From NCBI GenBank assembly GCA_050084515.1, contig CM114271.1:16802001-16866000 (forward strand): a stretch of 64,000 nucleotides of DNA, written 5' to 3'. The position numbers were made by a program, and so were the translations under genes. The stretch is from Blasia pusilla (taxonomy: Eukaryota). The notes beneath the pieces were generated by a model. The model was not told the DNA's origin and did not search any database. It was given only the letters and a program-made list of their open reading frames with translations. This document shows positions 38,151-49,230 of the stretch, one piece after another. Within the stretch, counting starts at the first letter, position 1. Every line of letters begins with the position of its first letter.

Positions 38151-39052
38151 CTTTCATCCTAGTTTCTCTATGACTTCATTTCATTTTGCAAATGCTTTTA
38201 CTAGTTATTTATTTTCTGTAGTCAAACCCCTCCTACAAAGAAAGTTCATTTTATGAATACTCCTTGTAGGAAGGGTTCTTAGCACCTCTGGCCCCCAACT
38301 GGTAGGGGGAATTCTGGTTCAACTCCAGCCAGAGGTAATGAGGAGGTGAGCTGAGAAGGCTAAGAAGGGTTTTTAGTACCTCTGGCCCCCAATTGGGAGG
38401 GGGAATTCTGATTCAACTCTAGCCAGAGGTAAAAAAATGAGGAGGTGAGTTGAGAAGGCTACCGGAGACTTTCATAATAACCAGAACTAAACTGAAAGGT
38501 AGAAAATATGACAGCAAAAAACTGGCATGCCATTTCCAAGCCCATAAGAAAACTGGTGATTCAAATTACATGCAAGAAATAGCCTGAAAAGGGAAAAAAT
38601 GTTGGGCAAAAACCTGACAAGGTAAAAACTCTTAGGGGGTTGGCTTGTGCATATTTCAGAAAACCTAAATGATTCAAATAGTCCCGGTAAAAAACTGACA
38701 TACTAAAAATAACTGTCCGAGCCCTGCTACGTCATGCCGATCGATCCGATGATTCTGATCTCGCGGTTCTCGAGGCCCGGGCCGCGGAGGTCCCAGTCAA
38801 AAGGAGCGCGCTGAGCGGCTGAGATGGACCGGAACGTTATCCGTACTTGCGAGGACGGACGACTTAGTCTGAAGTGCATCTTCATTGTCTGAAGTCTACG
38901 ACGAGAAAGAAAGTCAGGACATGACCGGAAGCATGTGTATAGTATCCCCCCCGAAGGACGGTCGGAATACACGTTATCCTCTATAAATAAAGGAGAGGCG
39001 CGAAGAATAGCGAAGTCCCCATACAAGTCTCCGACTCTCCGCTGTCACGCCA

Positions 39053-39199
39053 ATATACTTGGCGTCAGAACTGGTCCAAGGTGCCAAACTGGATAGTAAG
39101 GAGTATGTTCTCCTTACTATCCAGTTTGGCACCTTGGACCAGTTCTGACGCCAAGTATATATGAGAATATATACTTGGCGTCAGAACTGGTCCAAGGTG
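39053..39199. repeat. Perfect 51-bp inverted repeat plus a third 31-bp copy
   Basis: Arms 39053-39103 and 39110-39160 with loop TATGTT; 39169-39199 repeats the start of the left arm. Confidence 0.95.
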
Positions 39200-41356
39200 A
39201 ATAGACTTGTATGGGAATGAGATAATACGCCGTATCATACTTTAGATCGGGGAGCTTTTACTGGTAATACTGTTTTCTGTACATTCCCCGTTTTCTAAGT
39301 AATTCTGGCTTTCCGAACCAGTTTCAAATCCGAAAATGGGATGCATTTTAGGGTCATTTTCCTATGTAATTTCATTATGAAATTTCTATGATTAAAAGAA
39401 GAAATTTTAAAATAAAAATTTTAATATTAAAAGAAGACGGAGTTTGAGAACATTTAGGTTATTTTTTAGTGACACGTGTACAAGAAGAATTAAAAAGTGA
39501 TACCTATTTTCATAAGATTTTTTATCTCCGGACAAGATGCTAGTAGGAATTTACGATGATTATTACCTCATCCAAGATTAGATGTTGTGTTCTTGGAAAA
39601 CTAATGTGAGGCCATTTCAGGGCTAGGGGATATTAGAAATTAATTATCAATCAAGAGAATATGTAATAGAAAAATAGAGGGTAGGTAAATTATCTCTTAT
39701 TGGAGTAGAGAAGATATGTGATAAAATAAGAGCTTGGAATTCCAAATATATGATCACATTCATGGTACTTTTTCGGAAGGTGTCATAAGTTTATGGACTA
39801 AACTCCACGGTTTGAGCCTAAGTAAATATTGTTGGAGTAAAAAAATTGGCTTTGAAATTTTGGAGTTCCAATTATGTGGTCATATTTCTTGAAAATTTCT
39901 TGGATTACACTACCAAGTTTTTGCCCCCAAGTTCATGTTCTTTTTTATATGTAGGCTAGAGCAAATTGAAAAAACTTTCGTAAGGGAAGATTTCTCATGT
40001 CTTGCATGCTTCGGAAGAGTTTGGGTTTAAGTTTATGATTATGTACCTCAAAATATATTTTAGAGTGGAAGGTCATACTATTGTTAGTGTGTTGTCATAG
40101 TTTGATTATAATTTGATTAACGATGGGTTGTTGTATATGGCATGTATCAAGACTTGGAGAAAAATTTTAACTTGAAAAATAGAGTTATAAGTTGGATTTC
40201 AAAAAAACAATTAATTGATATGAATTCATTGATTACTTGTTGAGATTGGTAATATTTATTTCAGACATGTTATACGTAAATAATATCAAGAACATTAAAT
40301 TAAATTTCGTGCTCAAACAAAGAATATAGAGATGCGTTTTTACTTTATTCATTTGGATAGTAGGTGATTAGAGGAAAGATTAATTTTGTGTTCGTAGATA
40401 GAAATAAACAAATTCTATTGCTTGTAAAGATAATATAAATAAGAAGTGGAGTTTGGATGATTTAGATACATTCAAACATTCTAATCACACAAACTATTAC
40501 AATTGGTATTAAAAAGAAATAGATTTATTTGATCAAGATTAATCCATTAACGAAATTAACTTATGGTAACAAGGATTAGTTAATCACCATTAATTTGACT
40601 AGAGACTATGATTAGTAATTATTTTTCATGCCTTATTTATTAGAAAAGGGACAGATCTCCATTTATTCTATGATCTATCATATATTTTTCAATTTATTCT
40701 TTCCATAAAATTGTACTTTCTTAGAGTCTTCCCAATTCATATTTTTGATAAGCATATGTATCCTCCTTATATTGAATGTGTCTAATCCCAAATATCATCG
40801 GATCCTTTGTTCATGTTATTGTGATGTTTTGTTATTTCTCTCGCCTGAGAGAGAGTTTCTATTCTACGTCCTTCACGAGTAGAATAGAAAGGAGTTCAAG
40901 GAAACCATTGGTAACAAGCCTATAGGAAGATATGGAGGAAGGATCATAGAATTGCAATTGCAATTTTGTGTGCAACGTGATTATTCACTCAACACTGCCA
41001 ACTAGTTTCAAATATTCCCGATTCACACTTCTATGCCCGTAGGACAACAAGAGGACACACAAATTTTATTTTCTTGCTACAATTTTTGTTCAGTTGCCAC
41101 TTAAAAAAAAAAATGTCAGCTAAAGAATATTCTTCAATAATAATATAAATTATTCAAAAAGTTATTAGATATGGTTTAAAAGTAGAATGTTATCATTCTC
41201 AGACTTAACTTATGAAATAAAAAATCTGTTAAAATTATTGGAAAAATGAGAAGTACGTGCATTATTGCGATCTCATTGATGAGTATTGCTCCGGATAAGA
41301 AGTAACGGTATTTTAAAACGGATAATCGGAGGCAGGCTCTCCTGCAGACGGAGCGA

Positions 41357-42183
41357 TTAATAATCTCTCAGCTTCGCCGGTTCTCCTATGTTGAAAGGAT
41401 CGTAGGAGGTGATAGCAGCCTCGCCACCGTCCACCAGTAGGTTCTGACCGGAGATGTATGCGGCATCATCGCTGCACAAAAACAGAGCGGCGTTGGCAAC
41501 GTCTCCTACGTTGCAGCTCCGACCTTTGAGGTTGGAGACCTTCGCAAACAGCTCGGCCAGACGCGGTAAATCAAGTCCAGCATACGATGGGCTCAAAGTC
41601 TGGGCCAGCGCGAGTGTCATGTCCGTGGGTACAGTGATCGGAGAGATGCAGTTAACACGTATTCCGTGTTTTCCCAAATGGAACGCCCCGGCTTGCGTGA
41701 GGCCCGGGTGATTCATCTTGTTGAGATTGTAGATGAGCGAAACGATGTTGCCGGTGCGCACAGATGCGAAGCTCGCGGTGTTGAGAATGACACCCGTTTT
41801 CGCAGGCACCATAACTCTAGCGGCATGCTTCATTCCCAAGAGGACTCCGCGCACATTGATGGCCGTGCACCGGTCGTAAGTATCCATGTCTAGGGTCCAG
41901 AAATTCTCTAAAGAAGGATACACCGCCGCGTTGTTGTGCATGATGTCCAGCTTGCCGAATTCCCTCACGGCGAAGTCCACTGTCGAGGAGATGTCCTCCT
42001 CTTTGGTGACGTCGCAGTGTCGGTAAATTGCGTTTTGGCCGATTTCTCGCGCTGTCTTTTCGCCTTGCTCGTCCCTGACGTCCGTGACGATCACTTGCGC
42101 TCCGTGTGCTGCGAACAGCTTAGCCGTGGCCGTTCCGATCGCCCCCGCTCCTCCTGATATGATTGCCACCTTGTCGTCCAGCC
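41357..42183 (-). CDS. Short-chain dehydrogenase/reductase (ABA2/tasselseed2/secoisolariciresinol dehydrogenase-like); main exon, short first exon unresolved
   Basis: After an AG acceptor: LDDKVAIISGGAGAIG, HCDVT, GKLDIMHNNAA, NTAS, YNLNK (YxxxK), GIRVNCISP, DVANAALFLCSD, YISGQNLLVDGG. Confidence 0.9.
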
Positions 42184-44490
42184 TGGTCGATTTAGATTTT
42201 CGTCAGTTTTGTGTGAAGTTCTCTAAATGCCATTCAAGCTCACTTTGCTGAACAAATGGAGGAAAAGGGATAGCGATGTAAGTTCTCATCGAGTAGTGTC
42301 TGTCATAGCCTTGCTTGCCACCACAGACTGTAGATTGGGATGGGCTGTAGAGAGAGGAAGAAGGTACCATATGAGACGATGGAGACATATAATGTGAGTG
42401 CTGAAAAGGTGTTGGTGCGGAGGTTCGAGTGTCAGTCGGGAACACAAATTACATTACTACTTACTAGTGCAGTGAAGCTAGGCTAGAGAGAAAGAGAGAG
42501 AGACAATACTCATCAAGTAGTGCTTGCGGCCATAGACTCCTTACGTTGGTTGGCTCTCTATGGATGCAGCATCGGGACTTCCCGGTGCTGCATTCCGGCC
42601 CAAGTAGCCCTGGTATGATCATGAAGAGAGAATATGAAATCATATGAAGCTTACTTCCTTTGTAGAGCAGATTCTGGAGAGGTTACAGTAGACATCTCTC
42701 GTTTCATACCGGTGATTGCAACTCCTTGCTTCCTGGTCTGCCCCCAAGTTTGCGTTGCCCTGCGCAAACACGAATTTGGACGTTTGGAAGGTTCATTTGA
42801 TATGGACGATGTTTCGAAATCACTGGAGTGTCTGATTAGATTGCGTCATTCAAATTCTCAGTTCAAAACTCCGGAAGAATAGATAGGAAAGCGTATATCT
42901 GGTAAGAACATTGCATTCCACATCGCAAGCTGCTCTTGGCTAGCACATGACAATTCCACCTCGCAAGAGGTGGAATTGTCTCCGACCCTAATCCGGTGCC
43001 GAACCACCTGCGCCTAAGGCCTAATCTACGCGGCCTTAAACGCATGGCCGCGGCTATCTATGGCTTTCGCTCTGTTCAACACAATCTCCGCACAGTAATT
43101 CCATTCCAGCATGTATAATTATCTTGAAGTGTAGATAATGGTGGGACATGGAAGTGTTTTTCTCGCATGAGCGGACAGACATAAGTCAATCAAAGATACA
43201 TCTCCTGCAGATTGTAGAGACGACTTCCGGGTATGGTTGGCTCATCTTACAACATCCGGGAGCTGAGCACTCGAATGCGTTGTGAGCTACATTTGTTTCA
43301 AGATTCATCCACATGATCGGTTTCATCGACAATCACCCTTGCTTACTACGACAAACTAGTTCAAGGATCTTTACATTCCGACGACATCCGTATCTGCGAT
43401 CTCTCGTGCGTCTTTGACAGGTCACTGCGTTTATCATTGATCCCTTCCATTCTAAAACCCGACGTGCATAAGGAGCTCCGGTCAGGTTGCTGGGAAGAAT
43501 CAGAGTTTCCAAGGGTAAATTCGCCAACGAGTTGGTATCCGTAAATCGATTCAGTCTACGCACGCGCAAGTATGAATCTCAGATAAATCGCAAGAGAAGC
43601 CAACTATAATTTGTATCAATAACCGCTTACCGCACAAGTAGATGACGAATGGATGCAGCCATTGCGCTGTAATACTAACTGTATATGAGGCGGACTCCGC
43701 GGGCACCTCTCGCAGATGTGTGCAGGACAGGACGTGAACTGTCGCACGACGAAGAGGGAAGTAGACCGAACTGTCTCGAAGGCTTCGATGCTGTTGCTGT
43801 CACTGTGAATCCTCCCCTTTATAGAGGAAGTACCCGCCTTTCGATCCCGAAGAAATAACCCACTTGCAGCCTTTGCGCGAGCAAAACCAAAGAACTCCTG
43901 CCGAAGCCATAAGAAGCCTTTTATGCACGTCTGTAATTATTTACAAAACAGGGGACTAGAGTACGAGAGAAAGTGGGTACGCTGAGGTCACAACCAGCCC
44001 GGAACAGGAAGAGGTGACGTCCCTTTCCAGCTGGAATGCATGAATAAAACCTTTATCACATGAGATGGGGGATTCCGTACTTTATCACATGAGATGGGAT
44101 TCCATACGAAATAAAAAAAAATCATGAATTCTTTCATATGAATATTTATATGTGAATTTACATCCAAAACATGTGTGTAAGTGATTTGTGATTAACAAAA
44201 ATAATTATGGGAGTTAAATTAATTATAATGTAATCTTTGAATTATAGTAGCATGATGTAAGGAGTTATGAAATATTAGGATTTCGTCCTTCTCATCTACA
44301 AATTATCTGGTTATGGTTAAAATATGGCATGAATATTTTTAGGGCAATTCCACTTTACGTGAATGTAGATACTTAATTCAAATTTGGAATTTTGACTCAA
44401 TTTTTTATTTTAATTCCCTCTTCCCCAAAAAAAGACTCAACTGTTGAAGAGTTACAAGTAAGTTTTTTTTGTGAATTTACAAGTAAGTTT

Positions 44491-44728
44491 TATGTTCACA
44501 GACATGCCCGACCCTCATCGAGCTCGCCTTGATCCCGCCGTGTAGACCCGGGATGACGGAGCCCGCACCGGTTGCGTGGCCTGCCGCAGGCCCTGTTGGG
44601 CCACGCAACGAGTGCTGGCTCTGTCAGCCTAGGTCTACGCGACGGGCTCTCATGGGTTGAGGGTACTCAGGCCCGTAGTGCCACACAGACATGTCCGCGG
44701 ACACAGACTTTGTCTCTGTGCAACCATG
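44491..44728. mobile_element. hAT-type MITE, degenerate left end
   Basis: Ends GGACACAGACTTTGTCTCTGTGCAACCATG; interior resembles 59516-59757. Confidence 0.7.
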
Positions 44729-44946
44729 TTTATTACTGTAAGTATGGAATTCTACATTTAGGGTGGCTTTAAAATGATTTTTTTTAATGCAAGAACTATT
44801 TGTAAGAAAATACTACAAATATGAGTTTTACAAAGTAAAAATATTTCCATATGCATTCAAATTTCTTACATTAGTACATGCAATAATGGGTGGATTAGTG
44901 GTAGAGATTCCATTATGGGATTAGAAGTGTAGGTTCTAATCCTACC

Positions 44947-45174
44947 CATGGTTGCACGGAAACAGAAAAGTCTGTCCATGGGAAGGACATGTCCGGACAA
45001 GCCCAACAGGTCTCCGACCTACACCCGACCTACACATGAGATGGAGGGAAGGTAAGAGGGATCCGGATGGAGGGTGCGGCATATGGATGGAGATATTGGA
45101 TGTAGGTATGGACAGATGGATAGAGGATGAGGTATATGGATGGGACAAAAATATTTTATCATTATGTCCATACC
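44947..45174. mobile_element. MITE-family left end, followed by a solo LTR
   Basis: CATGGTTGCACGGAAACAG TIR; right boundary uncertain. Confidence 0.55.
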
Positions 45175-46080
45175 TGTCGCACCCCTACTCTCCTTGAACG
45201 TCAATCTTTAGTATTGCGGAAGCGTACGTTCAGTAGGTCACGAACTCATCGCCGATTTGCACCCAAACACGCACTCTCGTTAGTCGGGTCAGGTATGAGT
45301 CGGAACAGACTTCCTGGTTAGTCCAGGGATCTGAAACGGCACTTGCGCGCCTAGCCATCCCAAATGTTCAACGGTCCTCGGATGTGTTCTGAACCGAGAC
45401 CCAAGTAATTGAGTCGCGGGGTGGAATCCAAGAGGGATGTCTAAAATCGCCTCAATGGATGGTGCAGGTTTTCCAACCCAACCCCCAAACTCGCGTTCCG
45501 TTCCATGCCCTTGAGCCGCCCCGCGGCGCCCAAAGTGGGGTTTGGGTTCCAAGCACTCTCGGAAACCTTCTTTCTTACTAGTACTTCTGGGATTCTCCAA
45601 TAACCCCTCCCCTTTGGGAAAAGAGGGTCGGGCCCTTCATTGTGGCCCTCAACCCGACTCCACTTACAATCGTTTTCGGGTTGTATCTCGGCCGCTGCTT
45701 ATGCGTTTGCAGCAATCTTTAGTGCGTTTGGACCAACTCTCCATAAGCTTTCCAACGCACCCTTATTTGTTCCAAATGCATCTCGGCGCTAAAAGTTATG
45801 GCCATAAATACAGTCAGAAACTCTCAAACGCTAGTGGCGTTCCAAATCCGGATCTTTCCTTTGGCAACCCACTTCCGAGACTCGACTTCTTTCAAGTCTC
45901 ATTCCGCGTTTGGTCCAGGTTTCTCAGTCGCGACCATAACATCTGAAACGCGACTCCTTGCTCGCGTCTCGTCTCTTGTCTCCTCTTTGAGACAACTCCA
46001 ACGCGCAAACCATCTTAGCGTGAGCCCGCTAATGTTCCGATGTTCCGCTTGGCACTTGTTTGGTCATGAGGGTCGCGAAA
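45175..46080. mobile_element. Solo LTR of the second family with 5-bp TSD
   Basis: TGTCGC...GTCGCGA(A)A; ATACC on both sides (45170-45174, 46081-46085). Confidence 0.88.
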
Positions 46081-46843
46081 ATACCATTGAATCACTTGCC
46101 ATATCATCTACATGAGATGGCAGTCATGATAATATGACTCATATTTTCATGAATTATATCAGCCAACTATCCTAGTCATCGGATCCATTTGGAAAATATA
46201 ACTTGGCTTTTGTGTTTTTACAAGTAACTAGTCATTTTCAATCATGGATGGTGACATATGAATTATACATTATCAAATTCTAATCATAAAACCAAGGATT
46301 TCTTCTAGTGTTTGCAAGTTCTCTATGGGAATGATTTTGCATAAACCAAAGTTTTGATTATTTTTCTCAAATTTTTCTGTGAATTCAATCCCAAATCTTA
46401 TGTTGGATGTCTCATCATTGATATTAATGACATATTTTTCTTACCTACATGGAAATCGAGAACTTGAATATTCCATAAGCTGTCCCAAATTATTACATTT
46501 CATATCCAATATTATACCAAAAATGTTTTTGGGTGATTATGGATCTCCATAATTCCAAATAATTACTCATAAATCACTCAAAAAATAGATTTAGAGTTCT
46601 CAATTTTTTCACTCGTAAAATTATAGTGGTTTTTTTTGCTTGCAAATTAGTTAATTTTTTCTCCTTTCTCACTCACTTTGGATTCATTTTTTGGTCTAGA
46701 AAACACATTTTCATCAGGAGTTTGACTCATACTAGTTTTTTCTTAGATATGGATTTTTTTTCCTCCTTCCTTTCTTATATTTTAGAATGAATAATTTTGG
46801 AAAGAAAACATGTAATACTGTAAACTTCACTCATGAACATATC

Positions 46844-49230
46844 TGTCATGCGCATACACATCGCTGTCACCGAACACACACATAAACACACACGATCCCA
46901 TGCTAACTCATGGCATCCAAACAACGAGATGAGGAGTCCTAAATATCTCCAATTAAATTAAGTAGATCTCACATCAATGTATCACACCAAACTCTCCATG
47001 GTGTGCACTCTCTCTCATGTCAAAGCAAACCCACTCTCCTAATGAGAGGCTTGGCTTACACACACAAGGCAAACAAGACCATAACACTGCCGCCTCATGC
47101 CAAGAGGTTCAACAAAGAGAGAATGAGCTCTCAAGCTCTCTCTCTTGGAGGTATATCCCCTTCCCTCTCCCGAGCTCTCTCGTCGGTAAGCTATGCTCGT
47201 AGGTCACCTTCTTGGATCTTGACATACTGTAGCGGGTCAAGAGCCACTTCCCAAAGTAGAAAGTCAACTATACTCCAAATGGAAACTTAACCGAAATAGT
47301 AAGTTTCTCTATATGGCTCCAAATGAACCGTAACGAAGGAAAAACTTGCTCTCTTAAGTTACTCGTGGTCCAACAGGTGATCCTCGACCTCCTGAGGCTG
47401 CCCTCCAGTATCTCCAAAGACGCTCTACAAGATCTCTCCGATCTATCCTAAAAGACATGACAACCGTCGTACCCATACACATAGCTACACAACATACATT
47501 GTTGTCACCGAACACACACATAAATACACACGATCCCATGCTAACTCATGGCATCCAAACAACGAGACGAGGAATACCAAAATATCTCCAATCGTTCCCC
47601 CCTAGATGATGGTTAGGTCCCTCTAACTCCAGATAGCCATATATCCCTACCTACCATGACATACATCTCTCGGACGCTAAGAGCAAAAAGTCCGGGTGCT
47701 CATGTGGCCCCATCGTTAGTCGCCTTCTTATCATCCTGGTCACAGACACAAGTTAGAATCTAGAACTACCTATTCTATGTATATCTGGGACACATCCATT
47801 GTCCCTGAAGAACACTAGTGAGAGGTGGCGTCAGACATGCCATATGCCATCCTCTTGGACATCCATCACAAACTAGCATAGTGGCTGCACCACGGGCGAA
47901 ATCGCACAACATACATCGGAAGCGTGCACAAACTACTACTAAGCTTGGATCAACTGTATCTTCAATGTTAGGAAGGTGATAGGGCGCATAGTTACGCACA
48001 TGATCCTCCCAAACCATACCATCGCGTCCCTCCAATATATAAGAGAACACCACATGGTAAAACCTCACGCACTCTCAAGATGGTGCGCCTTGCAGTCCCA
48101 TCCAACGTCGTGGGTGCCGTCTGTTGCAAGTTGACATAGTCTCCTTGATGAAATTTCCGGATAGAAGGTCGATAACCACCTCCTCGAATACTTGCATACC
48201 TCAACGTATCCTGATTTTGTGCAATCGCCAAGTTCTCAAACACCATGGGCATCACTCTCCGAAATAACTCATCCCTTTGAGAACATGCTCGCATCCATAC
48301 ATTAGGGTCATCAAGGTTCAACACAAACATCTCGACGAATGGCCGCAGGTAAATATGGCTCTCAGTCATAAAGTAGCAAGTACGGTGAGAAAGACGCTAA
48401 GGATACCTACTTGCTGAATGTGTATCCCATCGCCAACCACGATAATTTGAGGTCCGAATCTCCTAGGTGACCTCTCTGCAAGCCAAACTTGCGTAATCCT
48501 CTCTTCAACTTCTGCACAACCCTCTCCGCTAGTCCATCCGTCTTAGGATGATCTCGCAAAGTGGTGTAGTGTTCAATCAGCGCTTGATCACACAAGGCCT
48601 CAAATTAAACTCCCCGCGAAACTCCGTACCTTGGTCTGTCAACACCTCAAGTGGTAAGCTCTAATGACTCAACACTCAATCCAGGAAGGCATACGCTACT
48701 TCCTCACTCGCTTTGTCAAGAAATGCAACCAAGTCTATCCACTTCGAGAAATGCTCGACCATCACCAACACATAACAACTATGGCGCTCTGTCAAAGATA
48801 ACGGTCTTGCAAAATCCAAACTCCATCTATAACCTAAACCCATGATCAAAAGTGGATGCAATTGTGGAGTCGGAGCATGGAACAATGCTCAGACCCGATC
48901 ATAAACCATGCACCTAGTAACAAACTGCTGAATGTTAGTCTACATGCCTTGCCATCATAACTGTATCTAGAGCAAGCCATATGTCCGCTTCACTCCAAAA
49001 TGACCCAACTTCTTGTGGGCATGACGCACCAAATGTGCTCTCTGTGAAGGACGAGGCACTACACGTACTCTACCATCCTCCCAAACTCGCAACACATGTA
49101 TCCCCTCACACTAGAATTGTCTAGTTTGCTGTAGGATCCGATCCCTCTCTTTAGCACCCACTATGCTCGCGATGCTGCCAGTATGCATGTACTCCAAGAC
49201 TACTCCATCGTCATGAATATCTCGACCACT
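46844..49230 (-). mobile_element. 3' part of a Gypsy-DNMT copy: integrase, PHD finger, B1-A2-B2
   Basis: Reverse complement of ~14550-16946; PHD RCMLCDFARGAATMLVCDGCPRGWHMACLTPPLTSVLQGQWMCPR at 47775-47925; B copies at ~46844-46952 and ~47465-47592. Confidence 0.9.

Larger units (their letters stand above)
33988..38726 (+). mobile_element. Composite hAT DNA transposon with 8-bp TSD
   Basis: Ends CAAGGCTCGGACAGT and ACTGTCCGAGCCCTG; TSD CTACGTCA at 33980-33987 and 38727-38734; extra internal TIRs at 34741-34758 and 35194-35217; ~105-bp tandem duplication at ~38270-38460. Confidence 0.93.
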
